The notes under the pieces were generated by a model. That model searched no databases, was not told the DNA's origin, and worked only from the letters and a program-made list of their open reading frames with translations. Below are positions 13,430-28,548 of a stretch of DNA of 64,000 nucleotides, piece after piece. The stretch comes from Octopus vulgaris. Taxonomy: Eukaryota. The stretch spans positions 17,794,001 to 17,858,000 of the forward strand of contig OX597837.1 in NCBI GenBank assembly GCA_951406725.2, read 5' to 3'. The position numbers and the translations under genes are program-made. Every line of letters begins with the position of its first letter. The first letter of the stretch is position 1.

Positions 13430-13985
13430 GAATGCAGAATCATTGAACAAAATGCTTGTGGTATTTAGTTATGACCTTTTACATTTTGAGTTCAAATTCC
13501 ATTCTTGTTGATTTTGCCTTTTAACCTTCTTTGGATTGATAAAAAAATATTTGTCAAGTACTGGTCAATGTTATCGACAAACCCCCTTCCTTGAATCCTA
13601 GGTCTTGTGCCTATGCTAGAGATGATGAAGGACAGTAGATTGGCAGAATCATTAGCACATCAGAGAAAGTGCTTTGTGATATTTGTTTACATTCTGAGTT
13701 CAAACCCCAGCAGAGTCAGTTGTACCTGTCATCTTTTCAGCACCAATGAAATATAGTAACAATGAAGTATAATATAAGTGACTAACCCCCACTCTCCTCA
13801 AAATTGCTAATCTTGTACCACAATTAGAAACAATTAGAGTTGGACAAAATGCCTTGTGGTATTTGTTTTGGCTCTTTTTATTCTAAGTTTAAATCCTGCT
13901 GAGATCAACTTAGCTTTTCATCCTTTCGGTGTTGATAAAATCAAGTATCAGTCAAGTGCTGGGGTTGATTTAATTGACTAAAGTT
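13430..13985 (+). mobile_element. Continuation of the SINE array (about three diverged copies) beyond the nested mariners
   Basis: GCAGAATCATT, GAGTTCAAA and CTTTTCATCCTTTCGGTGTTGATAAAA blocks at ~13430, 13630 and 13840. Confidence 0.8.
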
Positions 13986-14416
13986 CAGTGCTTAAATTGT
14001 AACCCATTGTTATGTTGTGTTTTGCATTTTCATACCAAAAATGATTGTTTAACATATTGCTATATTAGCTTTGTTGCTCTGTTTTTAACTGATCTTGTGT
14101 TTATTTTTTTACCCCCACCCTGCATACTAATACACACCTACTCCAATGAGATTATGAACAAAATGATTATTGATAAGGCTGAAATAATCTACGAACTGTA
14201 TTGATCCCTGCACAGCAACCTACCCAACTGTTCATCGATCTTGCATGAAAACTGTTTAGGAATGAATGCTATGCAGATTACTAGCAAAATATGTTGAAAA
14301 GAAAAATAGGAGAGAGAAGGAATCAAAGAATTTTGTTGATGCCACTAAAATTTCAAGACACCACATAGCTAGGTTTACAGACAATACTACTGTACTAATT
14401 GTACCAATCATTCTAC

Positions 14417-14487
14417 TGAATTTATCAACATTCAGTAACCCTATATCTAAATACAGCTGCTACTCAGCACAATATTCTTCAATGTTA
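14417..14487 (+). repeat. 71-bp arm of a long-range perfect inverted repeat (partner 16388-16458)
   Basis: TGAATTTATCAACATTCAG...TTCTTCAATGTTA is the exact reverse complement of 16388-16458. Confidence 0.93.
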
Positions 14488-14684
14488 ACCCATTTAAAAT
14501 CAACTTACCTGTTACTTCTGGTTCTGTGAAACAGCTTACTGTTTTAAATGGAAACCTTTTATAAAAATTTTGTATTAATTTATTATGTTCCAAACATCTT
14601 AATGTTATTTTACTTCGTTATTTTCAAAATTAATTGAAACAGAAGTAGTGTATTTCAACAAAAATATGGTTACAAAAGAGTCAA
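14485..14684. mobile_element. Possible decayed piggyBac-like MITE
   Basis: Begins TTAACCCATTT and ends TACAAAAGAGTCAA, a degenerate TTAA-CCC...GGG-TTAA pattern; ~200 bp, non-coding. Confidence 0.45.
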
Positions 14685-15439
14685 GCCTATTTCAGCTTTT
14701 TTCTTTCATTGTTAGTCTGAAGAGGAAGGGTTGTGCTCATATCTTTTTCAAGACCCCTTCTTTTTTCCTTCATCCTGGTGGATATTAGGTATCTGAATGG
14801 TGAGGTTAGTTTGATTAACAGTAGTTTGAACTGCTATTGGAGAAAACCTTGTTAGATAAGAAGTTTCAGAAAGATGTTTGAGTAAGTTGGAAAGTGTGTT
14901 TTTAACTTAGGGTAGAACAATTTGGTAAGAAGGAGAGATGAGTACTTGAAGTTGTGGCAGAAGAAACAGATGAGGATGCAAGCTTGGTGGCTAAGTAGTT
15001 GAATGGTTGGTCAGTATTTGACCGCTATTTGTGTACTTAATACTATCCATTTTACTATGAAGCAGAAGTGATATCTCTTGTCCTCTAGGAAGACTAATGT
15101 TGATGTGGTTGGTTGTGTAGTACGTTAAACTCACGAGAGAGAGATCGTGTTTAATTGAGATCACTCACCAAATATTTCTAATACCCTAGATGTACCCTAT
15201 CTTGTTAAAATTGAAAGCACTATATCTATCCTAACTTGGAATAACTCGATGAACTTAATGCAGAGTGGTGGGTGGAGGGCAATAGGGGAGGAGTATATAT
15301 CAGAGGAATACAGTTCTGTGAACCAAGTCTACATAGAAAAAAAAAGTGAGGTGAAGAAGTTAGCTGATCTTCATTATCACATTACTGCTATTTTGTTTTA
15401 TTAGTAGGATTTGAACTCAAAGTTATGAAACTAGTTTTT

Positions 15440-15762
15440 ACAAGTGTCTTCTACTATAGCCTTGGGGCGACCAAAGCCTTGTGAGTGGATTTGGTAGATG
15501 GAAACTGAAAGAAGCCCGTCATATATGTATATATGTATGTATGTGTGTATGTATATGTTTTTGTGTCTGTGTTTGTCCCCCCAACACCACTTGACAACCG
15601 ATGCTGGTGTGTTTACGTCCCCGTAACTTAGTGGTTCAGCAAAAGAGACCAATAGAATAAGTACTAGGCTTACAAAGAATAAGTCCTGGGATCGATTTGC
15701 TTGACTAAAGGTGGTGCTCTAGCATGGCCACAGTCAAATGACTTAAACAAGTAAAAGAGTAA
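15440..15762 (+). mobile_element. CORE-type SINE, 5'-truncated
   Basis: CAAGTGTCTTCTACTATAGCC...ACCAAAGCCTTGTGAGTGGATTTGGTAGA..., internal (TA/TG)n, and tail GTAAAAGAGTAAAA. Confidence 0.88.
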
Positions 15763-16387
15763 AATAACCACTCTGACATTTTACTGTTTGAATACTGCTT
15801 CTGTACATTGTAACAATTACCTAAAAGCAATGGAAGTTAAATGCTTCCTTTTCACACATGCCATTCTTAATGCCGTTCTGAGTATTTAAGGTTTCAGTAT
15901 TGTACTCACGGTTGTTAGATCATGGGTTTGATTCCAGGATTAGCTGATGCATTGTGTCCTTGAGCAAGGTACTTCATTTCATACTGCTTCAGTTTAGGCA
16001 GCTGGAAATGTGTGCCAGCTCCTGCTGAGCTGGTTTTACCCTGTGATGGCTGCTGTTCTATTCTGGGTGGGGTCTGGTACTCTTAGTTGCTTAAAGCACC
16101 ACAAAATCAGGATATGCTCTGGTCAGATGAGCTTCTTGGCTTTTTAAGGATTTTAACTCAGTCTAATGAAATATCAAATTAAGGAGCTGTTGTCATAAAG
16201 AATCTGTGATAATACTTTATCATATTGAATAGTGAATTTGTGCATTTTTCAAGTGAATGAAAATCAAGCTATATGCAGTAATTAGATTTAGAGAAGCTAC
16301 TGACATTTTGATGGATAGGAACCAGTAACAAAAAGTGGCTTGGTCATTGTTGATTGTCAAACATCTCTTGCATTATAGAAACAAAAA

Positions 16388-16458
16388 TAACATTGAAGAA
16401 TATTGTGCTGAGTAGCAGCTGTATTTAGATATAGGGTTACTGAATGTTGATAAATTCA
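16388..16458 (-). repeat. 71-bp arm of long-range perfect inverted repeat (partner 14417-14487)
   Basis: Exact reverse complement of 14417-14487. Confidence 0.93.
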
Positions 16459-17369
16459 AAAATAAAATGAGAAAATTATGTAACATAGTGAAGAGATAAT
16501 CTCCATTAGGTAAGGTTATGAAAATTTGGCTGTCATAAATGTTATCCTCTCACAACAGTATTTATATTAGTATCTGAAAAGTGAAACATTTAATTAACTT
16601 GTTGAAAAGATTTCCTGCTGGTTAACTAATTGGAAAGATTTAAGAATTCTCAAAGACTCTAGTTTAAATATTTATTAAAATTGACAGCTTCTGTAGCCGT
16701 TATTATTTAAAACTTTTCTCTTCAGAGATTTTGAATGATGTGATGCGTATTTATAATTGTTTGTTTACCTTCTTTCTACATTTATGTATTAAGCTTAATT
16801 ATTGCATCTTTCAGTGTTATGTAAAATCACTATCTCCTACCCATTCCTTCTAAATATATCTGATGAAATATTATAAGGGATTAGCAAGGCTGATTAGCAA
16901 GGGTTGAAAAACCCATCTGATCTTAAAGCGAAGCTTCTAACAATAAAGCTTATTGCTTTAATTATTGTTTTGTTGTTTATTTCCAAGCTGATCTTACTCT
17001 AGCCGACTGATGATTGGAGGTATTCAAACTATAACTGTATCTTAACTACAAAATCCAATAGAATATTCAATGGATCCTTCTTGTTTTAAAAATAGTGGGG
17101 TGTCATTTGAGATATTTGACTATTATTTGTAGCAAGTCAAGCAATCATGTAGAGCTTCGTTTATTGGCTCTATTTCCTGTACTAAATTCACACACCCACA
17201 CCCCATTCACACATGGTTACCTTATGTCCTGATTTGACTAAGATTGTCTTGATGTCTCAGCTAGTTTAAAATTGTCACAATTTTTTCAGAAATCTGGAAA
17301 AAATTTCTTTTTGTTGTTTTTTATTTTATTCTTATTTGATAATAAAGTTACAAGATATTGTTGATATAT

Positions 17370-19164
17370 TCCATCTTTAACTTGCACTTTATGTAAGAAC
17401 CTTTTGATGTATGAAATAGCTCCCTTTGCTATAGAAAAAAAAAACTCATCTTCCTTCAATTTCCTTACACCTTTCATGTGGCTGTTTCTGATAAATAATG
17501 TTATTTAAAATGCAGAGTTGCATTCAGAAAATCCTTTGACTGGATGGAAGTGCCTTCCAAAAGATTTATAAGACGTTGAGGAGGAGCTGGTAGTGCTGGC
17601 AATCTTGCCTTACTGCCTGAGCAGTGCATGCCATTAGTTTCATTTGGAAATTTGGGAAAAGTCTCATCTCCCTTCTGTATTGAGACTCCATCTGATTTAC
17701 TGAAGCTTGCCTTCACTGATGTTGAGAAAGTGTATCTCATTTCTGTCTTGAGACTCCAGTTGACATGCTGCAGCATGCCTTTGCTGATGTTGAGAAGGTC
17801 TCATCTCACTTCTGTCTTGAGACTACATTTGATGTGCTGTAGCATTCCTTTGTTGATCTTGTGAAAGTCTCATTTCCCTTCTCTCTTGAGACTCCATTTG
17901 ATGTGCTGCAGCATGTGTTTGCTGATCTTGAGGAAGTCTTATTTCCCTTCTCTCTTGAGACTCTTGCCTTCGGTTTTCTACAAACTTCCTTGCTTTATAC
18001 TTGTGGAATCTTTCAATATTCTAAACAAAAAATTATGAACATAGAAAGAATTTACATTAATCTCTATTTTTGTAAGCAGTTGTATGTATGTAGTATAAAC
18101 TATATTAGGGTCTTATCAAAAGTGAAAGAATAAAAGTGAGACAATATTATAGTCTTATCAGAAGTGAAACTATTATTCTGCTGAAATAAAAAAAAACCAA
18201 TTGGAAGGATTGTATGGGGTGGGGTGGAGCTACAGCCCCCTATATGGGCAAAGGCCAAAATTTGACCCCCACCCAACAACTTTCCCTTAGCATCCTGTAT
18301 TCTCAAGTGACTCTACAGCTTTCAAGACTGTCTTGGTTTAGAAAAAGTGACTAAACTGTGGGTGTTAAGCTCCCATTAAAGGATCTGACTACCCTCCTAA
18401 GAAGTTGAAATTTTAGGAATATTACTTCATTTGTGTCTAATATCTATGGTTAGGATTTCATCAACAGCAAGAACATATGAATTTTCATGGGGATTACTTT
18501 CAAACATATATTGCATTACATCTGCCCTTATGCATAGTATATAATTTTCAAATTTCATAAAGATCCATTCAGTACTTTTGACCTTGTTTTGGATCATTAA
18601 AAAATGACTAAAATTTGGAAGTTAAGGCCCCTATTAGTATCCTCAATATCCTCATGACAAGCGGAAACTTTGGGAATACTTCTTGATTTGTGTCAATTAC
18701 CTATGGTTGAAATTTCATCACCATAAGAAATTTATGAGTGTTCATGGGGGTTCTGCCCCTTTGAAGCCCCTTCAAATTCAAACCAAACATGCTGCATTAT
18801 ACCCACCTTTATGCATTGAGTCTAAGTTCCAAATATCATTAGGATCCATTCAATAATTTTGGTCCATAAAAAAATGACTAAAATTTGGGGGTTAAGCCCC
18901 CATTATGGAGTCTTAGAATCACTCAAAGAAATGCAAATTTTGGGTATATTTTAAAATATATTTCTAATATCTATGGTTCAAATTTCATCAAAATGAATTT
19001 TCTCAGAGGGTTCTGACCTCCCACCATTTATGTCCCCTCAAAATTGTATGAAATGTATGGCATTACGCTTCTCCCTAGGCTTGGATTTTGTGTTCCAAAT
19101 TTCATTGGGATTGGGTCCAGTAGTTTCCAAATCTATTAGTAACACATGAACGCACAGACATTGA

Positions 19165-19170
<6 letters not shown>
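17370..19170 (-). mobile_element. Helitron remnant: 5' end in (TA)n, three diverged ~260-bp internal tandem repeats, then RepHel remnant
   Basis: Minus-strand start TATATAAGTCAATGTCTGTG...ACTGGACCCAATCCCAATGAAATTTGG resembles non-autonomous Helitron heads. Repeat units begin AAA.TGACTAAA at ~18341, 18600 and 18869. Confidence 0.65.
17480..18020 (-). pseudogene. Decayed Helitron RepHel N-terminal region with 23-aa STPR-like repeats
   Basis: 69-bp repeats translate ESQERREIRLPQDQQTHAAAHQM / ESQERREMRLSQDQQRNATAHQM / *SQDRSEMRPSQHQQRHAAACQL. Then ETNGMHCSGSKARLPALPAPPQRLINLLEGTSIQSKDFLN..NSAF*IT, matching the Helitron CCxxGKVxLP...IRxYNSAFQMTS block. Acceptor-like TTTTTGTTTAG at ~18021. Confidence 0.8.
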
Positions 19171-19223
<53 letters not shown>

Positions 19224-19899
19224 ACTAGCCAATGAAAAATGCAGATGCATACTAACAATATTTGGCAAAAGGCCAAAATTTGACCCCCCCCCAACAACTT
19301 TCCCTTAGCATCCTGTATTCTCGAGTGACTCTACAGCTTTCAAGACTGTCTTGGTTTAGAAAAAATGACTAAACTGTGGGTGTTAAGCTCCCATTAAAGG
19401 ATCTGACTACCCTCCTAAGAAGTTGAAATTTTAGGAATATTACTTCATTTGTGTCTAATATCTATGGTTAGGATTTCATCAACAGCAAGAACATATGAAT
19501 TTTCATGGGGATTACTTTCAAACATATATTGCATTACATCTGCCCTCATGCATAGTATATAATTTTCAAATTTCATAAAGATCCATTAAACCTAGAAAAG
19601 TAGAAGACAAGAAAAATTTATTAAAATTAGAGCTTAAAATATTGCTGCTAAAATGAAAGTTAAAAAGTACCTCTTAGGTACTTTTTCATATTTAAAAAAA
19701 AAATTCAATTAATTTCACTTTTCCTTCTTTATTTGAATTTTATTTTTTGTACTAAATGAATTAATAAAAATTTTAAATTTTAATTTTAGCAGCAATATTT
19801 TAAGCTCTAATTTTAATGAGTTTTTTCTTGTCCCCTACTTTTCCAGGTTTAATTGTTAAGAATATTGTTAGTATATGAATGCATTTTTCATTGGCTAGT
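19224..19899. mobile_element. Foldback/MITE whose left arm is interrupted by a ~323-bp copy of 18247-18569
   Basis: Ends ACTAGCCAATGAAAAATGCA / TGCATTTTTCATTGGCTAGT. 19588-19668 is inverted against ~19770-19850. 19264-19587 is nearly identical to 18247-18569. Confidence 0.82.
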
Positions 19900-20704
19900 C
19901 CAGTATTTTTACAGGCATTGCAGTAATAGTAAAATTTTAATTAAAAATATATAAAATTACCATTTTTTACAGTCATTTTGAATTCAAAAATTTCCAAGTA
20001 AATTCAAGCAAAATTTTGATTTTTTTTCATTTGACTAATTCTCATTTGAAAATAGTGAAAATTGACTGTTAGAATATTTGATTTTTTGTCATTTGCATTT
20101 CCTGAATAGCCCTACTACATGATTCAGTGCTGCTCATAGAGACAAAATCAAACAAATAAAAATATTTTATTAAATAATCTTGTCCTTAAAATAATTTATT
20201 CGAAAAGCTTTACTACAAAAAAATTAAGCAAAAAAATTTCATTTTTTATAAAAAGTAATTTAGACTAATGAAAATAAATATTAGAACTCTTTGTATCGAT
20301 TTGTGTTGTCTTTTATCTTTTGTTGTGTGCACACCTAACAAATAGTTTAATTCATATATGAGTAGGGTCTCTTTAATATCACACAAAAATTGATAAAAAT
20401 TCGAGAATTGAAATTAAATATCTTTTTCCTAATGGACTAAATTTTATGAAACCTTTACCAATATATTCCTTTAACATTTCTCTTTCATATTAATATCAAT
20501 ATAATAATTCTTAAACAAAATTAAAAGAATGGTGTAGATTCGAAGTGTTGATGTCAGTCAGTCACTTTGGTCTATACATTTTTTGCTCTTACCTTTTGTT
20601 CTACTGCACCAGATTTTAAGTATTTTATGTCTAAATATAGCTTATAACACGAGAAGCATAATAAAAAAACTTAATTTGATTTCAATTAAAACTGAATTAG
20701 TGAG

Positions 20705-20865
20705 ACTGTGGTAAGTAGCTTGCTTACCAACCGCATGGTTCCGGGTTCAGTCCCACTGCTTGGCACCTTGGTCAAATGTCTTCTACTATAGCTTCAGGCT
20801 GACCAAAGTCTTGTGAGTGGATTTGGTAGACGAAAACTGAAAGAAGTCAGTTGTGTGTATATATC

Positions 20866-20905
<40 letters not shown>

Positions 20906-21027
20906 CCCCCAACATCGCTTGACAACTGATGCTGGTGTGTTTACATCCCTGTGACTTAGCGGTTCGGCAAAAGAGACCGATAGAATAAATACTAGACTAA
21001 CAAAGAATTAGTCCTGGGGTCGATTTG
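20705..21027 (+). mobile_element. CORE-type SINE with tRNA head, 3' end cut by an RTE insertion
   Basis: TGTGGTAAGTAGC...GGGTTCAGTCCC (A/B-box-like), then GGCACCTTGGTCAAATGTCTTC (CORE-like). Confidence 0.88.
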
Positions 21028-21032
21028 TATAT

Positions 21033-22670
21033 ATCATCATCATCATCATCGTTTAACGTCTGCTTTCCATGCTAGCATGGGTTGGACGATTTTGACTGAG
21101 GGCTGGTGAACCAGATGGCTGCACCAGGCTCCAGTCTTGATTTGCCAGAGTTTCTACAGCTGGATGCCCTTCCTAACGCCAACCACTCCGAGAGTGTAGT
21201 GGGTGCTTTTACGTGCCACCAGCACAGGGGCCAGTCAGGCGGTGCTGGCAACGACCTTGCTCGAATCCTTTTATACATGCCACCAGCACAGGTGACAGAA
21301 GGCGATTTTGGTAATGATCATGCTCAAATGGTGCCCTCTTTACGTGCCCACTGCAACAATCATGCTCAGATGGTGCTCTTGGCACCCTACTAGCATGGGC
21401 ACAAGTGCCAGAAGGCGACGCTGTTAACAATCACGTTCGAATGGTGCCCTTCACGCTCAAATGGTGCCCTTTAAGTGCCACTGGCACGGAAGTCGGTTAG
21501 CCACTGGCACGGAAGTCGGTTAGCCACTGTCAGTAATCACACTCGTATGGTGCTCTTTGCGCACTGCTAGCATGGATGCCAGTCATCGGATTTGATTTTG
21601 CTTTTGATTGGTTGATTGATTTCTTTCACTTGCCTAAACAGGTCTTCGCAAGCAGAGTTTTAGTGTCTAAAGGAGGAAAAGGTATGCATAAGTGAGCTGG
21701 TTATACCTCTGACATAGGCCATGAGATTATGGTTTCATTTGGCTTGCCTGGTCTTCTCATGCACGGCATATTTCCAAAGGTCTCAGTCACTAGTCATTGC
21801 CTTGGTGAGGCCTAAAGTTCGAAGGTCGTGCTTCACCACTTCATCCCAGGTCTTCCTGGATCTACCTCTTCCACAGGTTCCCTCAACCGCTAGGGTGTGG
21901 CACTTTTTCACACAGCTGTCCTCGTCCATTCTTGCCACATGACCATACCAGCGCAGTCGTCTCTCTTGCACACTACATCTGATGCTTCTTAGGTCCAACA
22001 TTTCTCTCAAGGTACTTACACTCTGTCAATTATGCACACTGACATTACACATCCATCGGAGCATACTGGCTTCATTCCTTGTGAGCTTATGCAAGTCCTC
22101 AGCAGTCACAGCCCATGTTTCACTGCCATGTAGCATGGCTGTTCATACACATGTGTCATACAGTCTGCCTTTTACTCTGAGCGTGAGGCCCTTTGTCACC
22201 AGCAGAGGTAAGAGCTCTCTGAACTTTGCCCAAGCTATTCTTATTCTGGCAGCTATACTTTCAGCGCACACACTTCCGCTACTGACTTGCTCCCCTAGGT
22301 AGCGGAAGCTATCAACCACTTCTGGTTTTCTCCCTGGAATGTGGCGGAAGTTGGTTTCTGTGCATTTTCAGTATTTATTGCTCCCGAGCATATGCCACAT
22401 ACAATAACTATCTACTCCCGTTAGCCTCCCTTTGATATTACTGCACCTCTTATGTGTCCATAGCTTACACTGGGTGCATCTCATAGAGTTTCTACCTACA
22501 CCTCTACTACATATTGAGCAGGGCCATCTACCTGAAGGGATTTGTGGTTTGCCTGCTTTCCTACTTATTAGGACTTTCCAAGGCCCTTCGATTCTAATAC
22601 TTGTTTCCACACTTGAAACTTCACCTCTGGTTCTGATAGTGACTCAGCAATTAGAGCAAGGTCATCAGCA
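21033..22670 (-). mobile_element. 5'-truncated RTE LINE with (GAT)n tail
   Basis: (ATC)n at 21033. ORFs RRLRWYGHVARM...GRGRSRKTW and [14 protein letters not shown]...WTHKRCS. The sequence stops at the (Y)ADD codons at 22670. Confidence 0.93.
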
Positions 22671-23926
<1,256 letters not shown>

Positions 23927-24128
23927 ATCATCATCATCGTTTAACGTCCGTTTTCCGCGCTAGCACGGGTTGGACGGTTTCGACCGGGTCTGGGGAGCTA
24001 GGGACTGCTCCAGTCTGGTCTGGCAGTGTTTCTACAGCTGAATGCCCTTCCTAACGCCAACCACTCCGCGAGTGTAGTGGGTGCTTTTTACGTGCCACCT
24101 GCACAGGTGCCAGAGGGTCTGGCATCGG
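23927..24128 (-). mobile_element. ~200-bp RTE 3' end (CpG-rich, young-looking variant)
   Basis: (ATC)n-GTTTAACGTCCGTTTTCCGCGCTAGCACGGG...GCCCTTCCTAACGCCAACCACTCC; shares variants with 32134-32346. Confidence 0.9.
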
Positions 24129-26316
<2,188 letters not shown>

Positions 26317-27437
26317 TCACATGTTGTAGTTGAAGGGGTAAAATCAAGCCCAGCCAAAGTCAGTAGTGGCGTTCCGCAAGGCACTGTGCTGGGCCCACTT
26401 CTTTTCATCATTTACATTAGAGACATTAATGACATCATCAAGCACAGCAACATAAAAATCTTTGCAGATGACTCCAAGCTACAGAAGGTCATAAATGAGG
26501 CGAGTGACCGGACATGCCTTCAGTCAGATCTACTGGCTGTTATCCAATGGGCAGAAAAAAACAATATGCTGCTGAACGAGGATAAATTTGAGTTAATCCA
26601 CTTTGGAAAAGAGGATGCCCTGAAACTCCCATACTCCCTTCCTTCAGGTGAAACTCTCGCGGCGTCCAACATCATCAGAGACTTGGGAGTAATTGTGGAC
26701 AACAACATAAGCTGGGCCACTCATATAAACACCAAAGTTGACATGGCCCGCAGAATGTGTTCCTGGATTCTCAGAACTTTCCAGTCGAGAGATATCCACA
26801 CCATTATCCTTCTCTTCTCCACTTTTGCCCGACCCCACCTTGAATACTGTTGTCCACTGTGGTCTCCCCACACAATACAAGGTATCATAAAAGTTGAAGC
26901 ACCTCAAAGGGCAATCACAAAAAAGATAGATGGCATGACAGGCCTCGACTATTGGGGTCGACTAGAAAAGCTAAAACTCTATTCTCTCCAACGTCGTCGT
27001 GAGCGCTACATCATCTGCATGATGTGGAAAATATTCCATCAGCATTGCCCAAATGATGTTGGCATCACCTTTAAGGTACATCCAAGGCTTGGGCCCCGTG
27101 CCATCCGCCCAAAACAAAAATCGCACTCTCATCTCATAACAACAATATGGCACAATTATTTCACCTCAATTGGCCCCGCTCTCTTTAACATTACACCAAA
27201 ACACATTAACACAGAAACTGACCCTATAGGGTTCAAGAAGTCTTTGGACAGATTCCTTCAAGAAATCCCGGATAAACCCCCTACACCCGGATATGTCTCT
27301 GTAAACAATAACTCTCTATTTCAGTGGGCCATAGTGCCCAAATTCTGACTTGAAAGACTTCACCAGGTGGTGCTATTAAGTTAGACATGGCCTGGGCCAA
27401 TAATGGCTGAAGCCTATCAAAGTATCAAAGTATCAAA
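26317..27437 (+). mobile_element. 5'-truncated CR1/L2-group LINE with an uninterrupted RT C-terminal frame (to 27348) and (ATCAAAGT)n tail
   Basis: [38 protein letters not shown] and [10 protein letters not shown] with no stops over ~340 codons. Tail ATCAAAGT-ATCAAAGT-ATCAAA. Confidence 0.95.
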
Positions 27438-27468
27438 ATATATATGTATGTATGTATTTATATGTATG

Positions 27469-27505
<37 letters not shown>

Positions 27506-27514
27506 ATATATATA

Positions 27515-28365
27515 TCACAATCAAGGAACGGCCATAATAGGCCATTCACCCACTAGAAATAACAGCCAAAGCTTCAACCGCAAATAACATTAATTCCGTA
27601 AACCAGGAGAAAATTAAAAAACATTTACCCTGTAATTTCTTATACGATGCACCGTTTCATCTACTGTTTAATGGTAAACTAACCTGATTAAATTAAATCA
27701 AGCCAATCTTCCATAAGCCCTTAGATTCCTCAGTAAGAAATAGCCAGAACGGAACAGATATTTTCACGAGGCATTTCTGTCCCTGCCTCGGCAATATCTG
27801 ACCTAAAATTTTCAAATCATCGCACTCGCGCCAAATTTATCGGCAGCAAATAAATATAAGCCGCCGATTCCATTACGGAATCAACCAGAAAATTCATAAT
27901 TAATCAATATATGGCAAAAAAATTTTGTAGAATTTTTTTGCCACCACTGCTGCCTAGTGGGAAAAAATTAAATAGTCATAGACCATTTATAAGTTCAACA
28001 TCACAATCAAGGAACGGCCATAATAGGCCATAATAGGCCATCTCATACTAGAAATAACAGCCAAAGCTTCAACCGCAAATAACATTAATTCCGTAAACCA
28101 GGAGAAAATTAAACAGTAGATGAAACGGTGCATCGTATAAGAAATTACAGGGTAAATGTTTTTTAATTTTCTCCTGGTTTACGGAATTAATGTTATTTGC
28201 GGTTGAAGCTTTGGCTGTTATTTCTAGTGGGTGAATGGCCTATTATGGCCGTTCCTTGATGTTGAACTTATAAATGGTCTATGACTATTTAATTTTTCCC
28301 ACTAGGCCGCTGGTGGCAAAAAAATTCTACAAAATTTTTTTTGCCACCCTATATTGATTAATTAT
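27515..28365. repeat. Unclassified ~485-bp unit in partial tandem plus foldback arrangement
   Basis: ATCACAATCAAGGAACGGCC at ~27515 recurs at ~28000. 28108-28365 is the reverse complement of (27895-28000 + 27520-27672). Confidence 0.88.
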
Positions 28366-28508
28366 GTATATATATATATATATATATGTATTTATATGTA
28401 TTTATATATATATGTATTTATATGTATTTATATGTATTTATATATATATGTATTTATATGTATTTATATATATATGTATTTATATGTATTTATATATATA
28501 TATATATG

Positions 28509-28548
<40 letters not shown>

